Positions 1 to 8,772 of a stretch of DNA of 64,000 nt are shown piece by piece. How positions within the stretch are numbered: the stretch's first letter is position 1; the number at the start of each line of letters is the position of its first letter. Both the position numbers and the translations under genes were made by a program. Source of the stretch: Acidimicrobiia bacterium (GTDB lineage Bacteria; Actinomycetota; Acidimicrobiia; IMCC26256; JADLDD01); assembly GCA_020846855.1 (NCBI GenBank), contig JADLDD010000081.1, forward strand, positions 16,517-80,516, given 5' to 3'. A model generated the notes under the pieces. It was not told where the DNA came from. It saw only the letters and a list, made by a program, of their open reading frames with translations, and made no database searches.

Positions 1-556
1 CCGGCGTCCGCTCCTCCAGCTCCTCGAGCCCGACGGCGTCGTCGCCCAGGCGACGGATGCCGCGGGTGTCGGCGACGGCGACGAGCCGCAGGGCGGGCAG
101 CGACGCCTGGACGGCGCGGATCCGGTCGAGCTGCTCCTCGTCCTGCACGACGGCTGCCACCGCCCCCGAGTCGGCGAGGAGCCGCTGCTCGTCGGCGAGC
201 GGGCCCAAGGGATCGGCGATCACCGTGGTGAAGCCGGCGCCCTGGGCTCCGAGGTCGGCGGCGAGCCAGTCGGCACCGCCGTCGGCCACCAGCGCGATCC
301 GGTCGCCGGCACCGAACCCCGCGGCCCGGAGCCCGAGCCCGACGCGGGCGGCGCGCCGCGCTAGCCCGCCCCAGGTGGTCTCCTCCCACAGGCCGAGGCG
401 CTTGACCCGGAGTGCCACCTCCGACGCGGCCGTCTCGGCGCGCCGGGCGAGCAGCGCCGCGGGGGCGTCGGGGACGCCCGGACCGTCGCCGCCGCCGGTG
501 CCCGCCCCCGGGACGACCTCTACCTCCGGGGCCGGGCCGGGCGGAGGTCCGCTCAC
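1..556 (-). CDS. AMP-dependent synthetase/ligase (acyl-CoA synthetase-like), N-terminal part; 3' end lies outside the window
   Basis: The minus frame is open from GTG 556-554 (GTGA overlap with the livG stop) to the window edge. My translation, VSGPPPG...ALRVKRLGLWEETTWGGLARRAARVGLGLRAAGFGAGDRIALVADGGADWLAADLGAQGAGF, resembles N-termini of AMP-binding ligases that accompany Liv-type ABC clusters. It is absent from the ORF track because it has no in-window stop. Confidence 0.7.
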   Translation of the reverse strand, partial: MSGPPPGPAPEVEVVPGAGTGGGDGPGVPDAPAALLARRAETAASEVALRVKRLGLWEETTWGGLARRAARVGLGLRAAGFGAGDRIALVADGGADWLAADLGAQGAGFTTVIADPLGPLADEQRLLADSGAVAAVVQDEEQLDRIRAVQASLPALRLVAVADTRGIRRLGDDAVGLEELEERTP

Positions 557-1353
557 GACGCCTGCCCCAGGTAGGCCCGGATGACCGCCGGGTCGTTCTG
601 GACCTCGGCCGGGGTCCCGGTCGCGATCACCTGTCCGAAGTCGAGGACCATCACCCGATCCGCGATGTCCATCACGAGGTGCATGTCGTGCTCGACGAGG
701 ACCATCGAGACCCCGAGCTCGTGGCGCGCCCCGAGCACGTAGCGGGCCATGTCCTCGGTCTCCTCGAGGTTCATCCCGGCGACCGGTTCGTCGAGCAGGA
801 GCAGGCGCGGCTCCATGGCCAGGGCCCGCCCCAGCTCGATGCGCTTCTGGACCCCGTACGGGACGAGCCCGACGGGGCGGGAGCGGTACGGGCCGAGGTC
901 GAGGAGCTCCACGATCTCCTCGCAACGGGCCCGGTGGGCGACCTCCTCGCGGCGGGCCCGGCCGAACCACACCGCACCGGCGAAGTAGCCCGTACGCATG
1001 AGGTGGTGGCGGCCGAGCATGAGGTTCTCGACCACGTCGAGGTTGGTGAAGAGCCCGAGGTTCTGGAAGGTGCGGGCCACGCCCATGGCCGCGATCGCGG
1101 CCGGCCGGCGGCCCATGATGTCGACGCCGTCGAGGCGGATCCGCCCCGCCTGCGGGTGGTAGACGCCGTTGAGGCAGTTGAAGATCGACGTCTTGCCGGC
1201 GCCGTTCGGGCCGATGACGGCGAAGAGCTCGTCGTGGGCGACGTCGAAGCTGACGTCGGTGAGGGCGCTCACGCCGCCGAAGCGCAGCGTCACGTCGGAC
1301 ACCTCGAGGAGGGGGCGACCCGCCTCGGCCGGCTTCCGCGGCGGCGTGCTCAC
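553..1353 (-). CDS. livG: Branched-chain amino-acid-type ABC transporter ATP-binding protein (LivG-like)
   Basis: 266 aa ORF with Walker A GPNGAGKTS, the LivG-specific insertion, signature-like VPYGVQKRIELGRAL and Walker B LLLLDEP. GTG start. Confidence 0.9.
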   Translation of the reverse strand: MSTPPRKPAEAGRPLLEVSDVTLRFGGVSALTDVSFDVAHDELFAVIGPNGAGKTSIFNCLNGVYHPQAGRIRLDGVDIMGRRPAAIAAMGVARTFQNLGLFTNLDVVENLMLGRHHLMRTGYFAGAVWFGRARREEVAHRARCEEIVELLDLGPYRSRPVGLVPYGVQKRIELGRALAMEPRLLLLDEPVAGMNLEETEDMARYVLGARHELGVSMVLVEHDMHLVMDIADRVMVLDFGQVIATGTPAEVQNDPAVIRAYLGQAS

Positions 1354-1357
1354 GGGG

Positions 1358-2209
1358 TCACGCGCTCCACCGGGTGCGGCGGCGGTAGCCCTTCAGGTCG
1401 CGGAACGATCGCCGCGCGCCGTCGCCGCCGCCGGCGCCCAGGTAGTACTCCTGGATGTCGGAGTCCGCCCGGAGATCGGCGGCGGTGCCGCTCTTGGCGA
1501 TCCGGCCCGTCTCGAGCACGTAGCCGTGGTGGGCGAGTCCGAGCGCCATGTTGGCGTTCTGCTCGACGAGGAGCACGCTCACCCCCCCGCGGTTGATCTC
1601 GGCGATCACCTCGCCGATCTGCTGCACGACGAGCGGGGCCAGGCCGAGCGACGGCTCGTCGAGCAGCAGCAGGCGCGGCGCGGCCATCAGGGCCCGGCCG
1701 ATCGCCAGCATCTGCTGCTCCCCGCCCGACATGAGACCCGCCTGCGAGCGCCGCCGCTCCGCGAGCACCGGGAACATCTCCATCACCCGGTCGTACGCGT
1801 CGCGTACGCCCGAGCGGTCGCGGCGGGTGAAGGCCCCGGCCCTCAGGTTCTCCTCGACGCTGAGCTCGCCGAAGATCCGGCGGCCCTCCATCACCTGCGC
1901 CATCCCCCGCTTCACGATCGCGGCCGGCGCGGCCTGGCCGATGGGCTCGCCGTCGAAGGTGATGGCGCCCTGGCGCACCGTGCCGCCGTGTACCCCCAGC
2001 AACCCGGAGACGGCTCGCAGCAGGGTCGTCTTGCCCGCGCCGTTGGCCCCGAGGAGGGCCACCACGGCGCCGGCCGGGACCGAGAGGCTGACGGCCCGCA
2101 GCGCGAGCACCGACTCGTTGTAGGCGACGGCCAGGTTCGACACCTGGAGGATCGGCGCCTCCGCCGGCGCGCGAACGGCGCCGTCGTCGCCCCCCCTGGT
2201 CGCCTCCAT
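1358..2209 (-). CDS. livF: Branched-chain amino-acid-type ABC transporter ATP-binding protein (LivF-like)
   Basis: Walker A GANGAGKTT, signature LSGGEQQMLAIGRAL, Walker B LLLLDEPSLGL. I chose the internal ATG (MEATRGG...). The track ORF extends to GTG 2260. Confidence 0.85.
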   Translation of the reverse strand: MEATRGGDDGAVRAPAEAPILQVSNLAVAYNESVLALRAVSLSVPAGAVVALLGANGAGKTTLLRAVSGLLGVHGGTVRQGAITFDGEPIGQAAPAAIVKRGMAQVMEGRRIFGELSVEENLRAGAFTRRDRSGVRDAYDRVMEMFPVLAERRRSQAGLMSGGEQQMLAIGRALMAAPRLLLLDEPSLGLAPLVVQQIGEVIAEINRGGVSVLLVEQNANMALGLAHHGYVLETGRIAKSGTAADLRADSDIQEYYLGAGGGDGARRSFRDLKGYRRRTRWSA

Positions 2210-2300
2210 CGGGCGGGAGGCTAGCGCGCCGATCCCCCACGTACGTCGCCACCGAACCACCGCCGCCGGGGGGTGCTCCGGCGGCCGCCGCGGGCGCGGC

Positions 2301-3074
2301 TCAGATCCCCAGGAGGGCGTCGAGGCCGACGGTCAGGCCCGGCCGACGGCCCACCTCGCGCACCGCCAGCAGCACCCCGGGCATGAACGACGACCGGTCG
2401 TAGGAGTCGTGGCGGATGGTGAGCGCCTGCCCGGTGGTGCCGAGCACCACCTCCTGGTGCGCGACCGCGCCCCGAACCCGAAGCGAGTGGATGTGCACAC
2501 CGTCCACGTCGGCGCCTCGCGCCCCCTCGGCCACCACCGAGACGGTGGGATCCGGGCCCCACTCGCGGGAGGCGTCGGCCATGCGCCGAGCGGTGAGCAT
2601 GGCCGTACCCGACGGCGCGTCGGCCTTGGCGTCGTGGTGCATCTCGACCACCTCGGCGGTCTCGAAGTGCGGCGCCGCGATCTCGGCGAAGCGCATCATG
2701 AGCACCGCCCCGACGGCGAAGTTCGGTGCCACGACGGCGTTGGTCCCCGTCCGCCCGAGGACGGCCCTCAGGTCGTCGAGGTCGGTGGGCGACAGCCCGG
2801 TGGTGCCCACCACCGTGTGGATGCCGTGCTCGGCGCACCAGGTGAGGTTCGGGCGGGCCGCCTCGGCCACGGTGAAGTCGACCGCCACCTCGGCGCCGGC
2901 CGCGGTGAGCGCCTCCCGGTCGGGGGCGAGCGTGAGGCTCGCCCCCGGCACCGCCGCTCCCGGCGCGCCGGGGTCGACCGCGGCCACCAGGTCGAGGCCG
3001 GACGCGCCGAGGACGGCCTGGCAGACCGTCGCCCCCATCCGGCCCCCCGCACCGAGCACGCCCACGCGGATCAC
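2301..3074 (-). CDS. dapB: 4-hydroxy-tetrahydrodipicolinate reductase
   Basis: The C-terminal 257 aa of track ORF 2301..4205 begin V-IRVGVLGAGGRMG (Rossmann motif) and contain EVVEMHHDAKADAPSGTA and RHDSYDRSSFMPGV. GTG at 3074. An in-frame ATG at 3131 inside the upstream repeat is an alternative start. Confidence 0.9.
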   Translation of the reverse strand: MIRVGVLGAGGRMGATVCQAVLGASGLDLVAAVDPGAPGAAVPGASLTLAPDREALTAAGAEVAVDFTVAEAARPNLTWCAEHGIHTVVGTTGLSPTDLDDLRAVLGRTGTNAVVAPNFAVGAVLMMRFAEIAAPHFETAEVVEMHHDAKADAPSGTAMLTARRMADASREWGPDPTVSVVAEGARGADVDGVHIHSLRVRGAVAHQEVVLGTTGQALTIRHDSYDRSSFMPGVLLAVREVGRRPGLTVGLDALLGI

Positions 3075-3107
3075 GGCCCGGCAGCGTACCGGCCCCACCA
3101 AGACCGG

Positions 3108-3157
3108 CGATGGGTCGACAACCGACGCCATGCGACGAGAACTGCCCCAACGCCGGT
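3108..3157 (+). repeat. Copy A of a ~50 nt interspersed element (cgatgggtcgacaaccgacgccatgcgacgagaactgccccaacgccggt)
   Basis: Identical over 50 nt to copy B, which lies 89 nt downstream. About 43/46 identical to copy C at 20058. Lies in the dapB-pepR intergenic region. Confidence 0.9.
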
Positions 3158-3196
3158 CAGTGGCGGGGGCGGCAGCCGGGGAACGGACCGACTCGG

Positions 3197-3246
3197 CGAT
3201 GGGTCGACAACCGACGCCATGCGACGAGAACTGCCCCAACGCCGGT
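3197..3246 (+). repeat. Copy B of the same ~50 nt element (tandem with copy A, 89 bp period)
   Basis: Read directly from the sequence. The same 50 nt string starts at 3197, and the flanks (gt-Y-R-gtggcgggg) are also partly similar. Confidence 0.9.
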
Positions 3247-3268
3247 TGGTGGCGGGGCGGGGGCGGGG

Positions 3269-4549
3269 TCAGGCGGCGCGGGGGGCGGCGAGGTCGTCGT
3301 CGACGGGGCCGACGGCGGCCAGGCAGCGCGGCGCGTCGCGCAGGACGCGGTCGACGACCCGGGCGACGTCGTCGGCGGTCACGGCGTCGATCTCCGCGGC
3401 GAGCTCGTCGAGGGTGCGGGCGCGGTCCTCGACCAGGACCGCGCGGCCCAGGCGGTGCATCCGGCTGGTGGAGGTCTCCAGGGAGAGCGCGAGGGAGCCG
3501 CGCAGGTTGCCCTTGGCGTCGTCGATCTCGACCTGCGGGAGACCCCCCGCCGCCACCAGCCGGTCGAGCTCGCCGTGGAGCACCTCGACGGTCTCCGAGG
3601 CCCGCTCGGGAGCCGTCCCGGCGTAGAGCACCAGCGCGCCGGTCTCGAGGTACGAGGCCCGGTACGAGTACACGGAGTACGCGAGGCCCCGCCGCTCGCG
3701 GACCTCCTGGAAGAGGCGCGACGACATCCCGCCGCCCAGCGCCTGGTTGAGCACCGACAGGGCGAAGCGGTCCGGGTCGTCGTGCCGGAGCGCACGGAGC
3801 CCGAGGGCCAGGTGGACCTGCTCCGTCGGTTGGCGGCGCAGGACCCAGGGCTCCGGCCCGACCCCGGGATCGAGGTCGCGCCGGGGCCGGCCGCCCGACG
3901 GCTCGGGCGCCAGGCGCTCGACGACCTCGGCCACGGCGTCGTGCGAGAGGTTCCCGGCCGCCGCGACCACGACGTTGGCCGGCCGGTAGTGGACGTCGTG
4001 GAGCGCACGTACCTGGTCGCGGCTCATCGCCCGGATCGACTCGGGCGTCCCGATCACGGGCCGCCCGAGACGGTGCCCGGGGAACAGGCCCTCGGCCAGG
4101 AGCTCGTGCACGAGGTCGTCGGGCGTGTCGTCGCGCATCCGGATCTCCTCGAGGATCACCTGACGCTCCGCCTCGAGCTCGTCGGGGCGCAGCGCGGGCG
4201 ACCACACGACGTCGGAGAGGACGTCGAGGGCCAGCGCGAGGTGGTCGTCGGGGACGCGGACGTAGAACGCCGTGTACTCATGGGTGGTGAACGCGTTCAT
4301 CGAACCGCCCACCGACTCGACGGCCGCCGCCACCTCCAGGGCGCTGCGCCGGGCCGTGCCCTTGAACAGGAGGTGCTCGAGGAAGTGGCTGGCCCCGGAC
4401 TCCGCGTCGGCTTCGTCGCGCGCGCCGGTGCCGACCCAGAACCCCACCGCCACCGATCGGAGCTGGGACATCCGCTCGGTGACGACCTCGATGCCGGATC
4501 CGAGGCGCGAACGCGTGATGCCGCCGGATCCGGACGGGGTGGAGGTCAT
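3269..4549 (-). CDS. M16 family zinc peptidase (insulinase/PepR-like)
   Basis: HxxEH motif (GASHFLEHLLFKGT), typical M16 N- and C-domains, and the conserved position downstream of pnp. Start chosen at MTSTPSGSGG (ATG 4549). Confidence 0.88.
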   Translation of the reverse strand: MTSTPSGSGGITRSRLGSGIEVVTERMSQLRSVAVGFWVGTGARDEADAESGASHFLEHLLFKGTARRSALEVAAAVESVGGSMNAFTTHEYTAFYVRVPDDHLALALDVLSDVVWSPALRPDELEAERQVILEEIRMRDDTPDDLVHELLAEGLFPGHRLGRPVIGTPESIRAMSRDQVRALHDVHYRPANVVVAAAGNLSHDAVAEVVERLAPEPSGGRPRRDLDPGVGPEPWVLRRQPTEQVHLALGLRALRHDDPDRFALSVLNQALGGGMSSRLFQEVRERRGLAYSVYSYRASYLETGALVLYAGTAPERASETVEVLHGELDRLVAAGGLPQVEIDDAKGNLRGSLALSLETSTSRMHRLGRAVLVEDRARTLDELAAEIDAVTADDVARVVDRVLRDAPRCLAAVGPVDDDLAAPRAA

Positions 4550-4601
4550 GGGTGCTGTGATCGACGCCCGGCCGCGCCGCCTGTAGGGGGGATCCGAGAG
4601 A

Positions 4602-7103
4602 TCAGCGCCGCCGGCCCCTTGGACGCCCGCCGCGCGGCCGGCCGTCGCCGCCGGAGCGCCCGCGGTCGGGGTCGGCGGGGCCGAGGTCGCCGAAGGCCTC
4701 CTTGGCCTCGCCTTCCCAGAACTCGCCGAAGGACGCCTCCTCCACGTCGCCGGCGGCGTCGCTGGGCTCGCCGCGTTCGGCCCGATCGCCCCGGTCACGG
4801 TCACGGTTACGGTCACGGTCACGGTCGCCGCGGGAGCCCCGGTCGCGGCGCTCGCCGCCGTCACGGCGCCCGCCGCGGTCGCCGCCACGGTCGCCGTCGC
4901 CGTCACCGTCGCCGCCGGAGTCGTCGCCGGCGAGGGAGAGCGAGAGCTTGCCCTGGTTGTCGATGTCGTCGACGCGGACCGTGACCTCGTCGCCGAGGGC
5001 GAGGACGTCCTCCACCCGATCGATGCGCTTGCCCCGGCCCAGCTTCGAGATGTGGAGCAGGCCGTCGCGGCCGGGAAGGATGTTGACGAAGGCCCCGAAC
5101 TTGGTGATGTTCACCACCCGGCCCGTGTACTCGGCGCCGATCTCGGCCGCCGGCGGGTCGAGGATCAGGCCGATGCGGCGGCGGGCCTCCTCCACCGCCT
5201 CGCCGTCCTTGGACCCGATGCTGACCGTACCGACCACGCCGTCGTCGGTGACCGAGATGTCGGCGCCGGTCTCCTTCTGGAGGGTGTTGATGACCTTGCC
5301 CTTCGGCCCGATCACCTCACCGATCTTGTCGATCGGGATCTCGAAGCTGACGATCTTGGGTGCCGTCGGCCTCACGTCGGAGCGGGGCTCGGCGATGGCC
5401 CCCCGCATCACCTCGAGGAGCTTCAGGCGGGCCTCCTTGGCCTGCTGGAGCGCCTGCGCCAGCACCTCGGCCGGGATGCCGTCGATCTTGGTGTCGAGTT
5501 GGAGCGCGGTCACGAACTCCGAGGTGCCGGCGACCTTGAAGTCCATGTCGCCGAAGGCGTCCTCGGCGCCGAGGATGTCGGTGAGCGTGGTGTAGGTGCC
5601 CTCGTGGTACACGAGGCCCATCGCGATGCCGGCCACGGGCGCCTTCAGGGGCACCCCGGCATCCATGAGCGAGAGCGTGGAGCCGCACACCGACGCCATC
5701 GACGTGGACCCGTTCGACGACAGGACATCGGAGACGACGCGCAGGGTGTAGGGCCACTCCGACGACGGCGGCACCACCGGCACGAGCGCCCGCTCGGCCA
5801 GGGCCCCGTGGCCGATCTCACGGCGCTTGGGCGAGCCGACCCGGCCCGTCTCGCCGGTCGAGAAGGGCGGGAAGTTGTAATGGTGCATGTAGCGCTTGGT
5901 GTCGTCGACGCCGATGGTGTCGAGCATCTGCTCCATGCGGGGCATGCCCAGCGTGGCGACCGAGAGCACCTGGGTCTCGCCGCGCTGGAAGAGCCCGCTC
6001 CCGTGCGCGGTCGGGACCAGGCCGATCTCGGCCGAGAGCGGCCGGATGTCGGACGGGCCCCGCCCGTCGATGCGGATCCCCTCCGAGACGATCCGGTCGC
6101 GCACCACCGACTTCTGGAGGGAGCGGAACGCCTTCTTGACGGGGCCGGTGGAGCCGGGGAAGCGCCCCGGGGCGTCGTCGGTGCCCACCAGGGCGCCGAG
6201 CAGGCCGGCCTCGACCTCGTCGAGACGGGCGTTGCGCTCGGCCTTGTCGGCGATCGCCATTGCCTCCCGGGTGGCGGGACCGGCGTGCTCGGTGACCGCG
6301 TCGAGGACCTCGGGTGCGTAGTCGACCCGGGGCTCGTAGGCGACGGTGCCGATCGGGCCCTCGGCCGCCTCCACGGCGGCGCGCAGCTCGAGCTGGAGGT
6401 CGATCGACGCCCCGATCCACGGCTTGGCCGCCTCGAGGCCCTCGGCGATGAGCTCCTCGGTCATCTTCGGCGCGCCCTGCTCGTAGAGCTCCCACGACGC
6501 CTCGGTGCCGCCGGCCTCGACCATCATGATCGCGATGTCGCCCGACTCGATCCGGCGGCCGGCCACGACCAGCTCGAAGGTGGAGGCGTCGCCCTCCTGG
6601 TAGGTCGGGTGGGCGAGCCACTCGCCGTCGAGGTGGGCCATCCGGACCGCGCCGATCGGGCCCTGGAACGGGATCCCCGACACGACGAGCGCCGCCGAGG
6701 CCGCGTTGATCGACACGACGTCGTGCGGGTCCTCCTGGTCGGCACCCAGGATGGTGGAGACCACCTGGACCTCGTTGCGGAAGTCGGAGGGGAAGGCCGG
6801 CCGCAGCGGGCGGTCGGTGAGCCGGCAGGTGAGCACCGCCTGCTCGCCCGGGCGCCCCTCGCGGCGGAAGAACGAACCGGGGATCTTCCCGGCCGCGTAC
6901 ATCCGCTCCTCGACGTCGACGGTGAGGGGGAAGAAGTCGATGCCCTCCCGGGGCTTCGAGGTGACGACGGTGGTCAGGACGGTCGTGCCGCCGACCTGGG
7001 CGACGACCGCCCCGTCGGCGAGGCGGGCGAGCTTGCCCGTCTCGAGGCTGAGGGTCAGACCCGACCCGTTGATGGGTCCTGAGACCCGGATGGCGTCCGC
7101 CAT
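4602..7103 (-). CDS. pnp: Polyribonucleotide nucleotidyltransferase (PNPase) with a long RD/RG-rich C-terminal tail
   Basis: Two RNase PH domains, then KH and S1 domains (GRVVNITKFGAFVNILPGRDGLLHISKL). Start at MADAIRVSG (ATG 7103). A ~110 aa low-complexity tail follows the S1 domain. Confidence 0.95.
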   Translation of the reverse strand: MADAIRVSGPINGSGLTLSLETGKLARLADGAVVAQVGGTTVLTTVVTSKPREGIDFFPLTVDVEERMYAAGKIPGSFFRREGRPGEQAVLTCRLTDRPLRPAFPSDFRNEVQVVSTILGADQEDPHDVVSINAASAALVVSGIPFQGPIGAVRMAHLDGEWLAHPTYQEGDASTFELVVAGRRIESGDIAIMMVEAGGTEASWELYEQGAPKMTEELIAEGLEAAKPWIGASIDLQLELRAAVEAAEGPIGTVAYEPRVDYAPEVLDAVTEHAGPATREAMAIADKAERNARLDEVEAGLLGALVGTDDAPGRFPGSTGPVKKAFRSLQKSVVRDRIVSEGIRIDGRGPSDIRPLSAEIGLVPTAHGSGLFQRGETQVLSVATLGMPRMEQMLDTIGVDDTKRYMHHYNFPPFSTGETGRVGSPKRREIGHGALAERALVPVVPPSSEWPYTLRVVSDVLSSNGSTSMASVCGSTLSLMDAGVPLKAPVAGIAMGLVYHEGTYTTLTDILGAEDAFGDMDFKVAGTSEFVTALQLDTKIDGIPAEVLAQALQQAKEARLKLLEVMRGAIAEPRSDVRPTAPKIVSFEIPIDKIGEVIGPKGKVINTLQKETGADISVTDDGVVGTVSIGSKDGEAVEEARRRIGLILDPPAAEIGAEYTGRVVNITKFGAFVNILPGRDGLLHISKLGRGKRIDRVEDVLALGDEVTVRVDDIDNQGKLSLSLAGDDSGGDGDGDGDRGGDRGGRRDGGERRDRGSRGDRDRDRNRDRDRGDRAERGEPSDAAGDVEEASFGEFWEGEAKEAFGDLGPADPDRGRSGGDGRPRGGRPRGRRR

Positions 7104-7284
7104 GGAACGCGCTCCTCTCCCGCCGCCGGCGAGGCGGCGTTCAGGGCGGTACGGCGGTTCCCAGTGGTCGCGGCTCGAACGGCTCGCCCGAGCCGTGGCC
7201 ACTGACAACCCCCGTCCCGCGTAGGTTGGCGCCGCGCCGGGCCCCGGCGCGGCACGGGAGCGGCTCCGAGCCGCTCCCGCTGGG
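7104..7284 (-). promoter_or_regulatory. Structured rpsO-pnp intergenic leader with two perfect GC hairpins and a nested third
   Basis: Hairpin 7256-7278 (gggagcggc/gccgctccc, 9 bp). Hairpin 7231-7253 (gccgcgccgg/ccggcgcggc, 10 bp). A further cagtgg...ccactg stem encloses cggctc/gagccg. The position matches pnp autoregulatory leaders. Confidence 0.55.
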
Positions 7285-7542
7285 CTATCGGCGAAGGCCG
7301 AGCTTCGCGATCAGTTGTCGATAGCGGTCGACGTCGTTGCGACGCAGGTAGTCGAGCAGTCGCCGGCGCCGGCCCACGAGCATCAGCAGGCCGCGGCGAC
7401 CGTGGTGGTCCTTCTTGTGCACCTTCAGGTGCTCGGTGAGGTGGCTGATCCGTGCGCTCAGGAGCGCGACCTGCACCTCGGGCGAGCCGGTGTCCGTCTC
7501 GTGGAGGCGGTGCTCGGCGATGGTCGTTGCGGTGTCGGGCAT
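7285..7542 (-). CDS. rpsO: 30S ribosomal protein S15
   Basis: 85 aa, with [43 protein letters not shown] at 7542. Confidence 0.95.
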   Translation of the reverse strand: MPDTATTIAEHRLHETDTGSPEVQVALLSARISHLTEHLKVHKKDHHGRRGLLMLVGRRRRLLDYLRRNDVDRYRQLIAKLGLRR

Positions 7543-7737
7543 CGCGTAGTGGTTTGCTTCCTGTACTGCAGGCCGGGCCCGAGACGATCCCCGCGGCGGG
7601 CACGGAGGCGAGCTCACGGGATCCGGGCGGGCGCCCGGGCGGGCCGAACCTGGCCGGGTCGGACCCGGGCCGGGGGCCACGCTAGCACGGCCGCCCCGGC
7701 GGGGCCGCCCCCGGGACTCCCGACCGTGGGCGGATGC

Positions 7738-8688
7738 TCAGACCCCCAGGACCCGGCGCGCCTCGTCGCAGTCGGCGGCGATCTGGGACACCAGGGCGTC
7801 GACGGAGTCGAAGCGCTCCTCGTCGCGGAGCCTCTCCACGAAGCGGACCGCGGCGTGCTGGCCGTAGAGATCGCCGTCGAAGTCGAGGACGTGCGCCTCG
7901 AGCAGGGAAGCCCGGGCATCGGGGTAGAAGGTGGGCCGCCTCCCCACCGAGATCGCGGCCGGGCGGTCGGCGCCGTCGTCGCCCCGGAACGTCCCGGCGT
8001 AGATGCCGTCGGCGGGCAGGCACATCTCGGCCGGCACCGCCACGTTGGCCGTGGGGAAGCCGATCCCCGCCCCACGCCCGTCGCCCCGCTCGACGCTCCC
8101 CCACATCTCGTGGGGACGGGCGAGCATGGCCGCGGCCCCGGCGACGTCGCCGGCGGCGAGCAACCGGCGGACCCGCGTCGAGGAGTACGGCTCGTGGCCG
8201 GGATCGGCGCCGGGGGCGACCAGACCGAGGCCGATCACCTCGAAGCCCAGGTCCTTGCCCATCTCCTCGAGGAGGGGTACGTCGCCGCCCCGGCGGTGGC
8301 CGAAGTGGAAGTCGGCCCCGACCACCACCATCCGCGCGGCCAGCTTCTCGACGAGGACGTCGTGGACGAAGGCCTCGGCCGGCTCCCGGGCCCGCTCATC
8401 GTCGAAGGTGAGCAGCGCCACGGCATCGGGGAGACCGGTACCGGCGAGGAGCTCGAGCTTCTGCTCCAGCGTGGTGAGCAACTTCGGGGCCGACTCGGGG
8501 CGTACGACCTGTGCCGGGTGACGGTCGAAGGTGACGACGACCGCCTCGAGGCCGCGGGCGTCGGCCAGCTCGCGCACCAGGCGCAGGACCGCCCGGTGGC
8601 CCAGGTGGACGCCGTCGTAGGCGCCGATCGTGACGACGCTGCCGCTCGACGCGCCGTCGACCGCTTCGAGACGCTTGATGATCCTCAC
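7738..8688 (-). CDS. ribF: Bifunctional riboflavin kinase / FAD synthetase
   Basis: 316 aa, with GAYDGVHLGHR, the FAD-synthetase N-domain, and a C-terminal riboflavin kinase (GFPTAN, PTF...LLEAHVLDFDGDLYG). Confidence 0.93.
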   Translation of the reverse strand: MRIIKRLEAVDGASSGSVVTIGAYDGVHLGHRAVLRLVRELADARGLEAVVVTFDRHPAQVVRPESAPKLLTTLEQKLELLAGTGLPDAVALLTFDDERAREPAEAFVHDVLVEKLAARMVVVGADFHFGHRRGGDVPLLEEMGKDLGFEVIGLGLVAPGADPGHEPYSSTRVRRLLAAGDVAGAAAMLARPHEMWGSVERGDGRGAGIGFPTANVAVPAEMCLPADGIYAGTFRGDDGADRPAAISVGRRPTFYPDARASLLEAHVLDFDGDLYGQHAAVRFVERLRDEERFDSVDALVSQIAADCDEARRVLGV

Positions 8689-8772
8689 GGGACGACGACT
8701 CGCATGGGGGCGGCTCCGGCGGCACGGCGGGGTTCGGGGGCGGGCGGCCGCGCCGGCTCGCGCGGCCTCACG

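Noticed and set aside
2301-4205. 634 aa ORF apparently fusing dapB to a long N-terminal region, with similar over-extended track ORFs for nusA (14876..17080), rpsB (31522..33117), smc, coaD and xerC
   Set aside because: Only the C-terminal parts match the protein families. The upstream parts are Arg/Pro-rich read-through across intergenic DNA or neighbouring genes. Starts were reset using homolog N-termini, SD motifs and stop/start overlaps.
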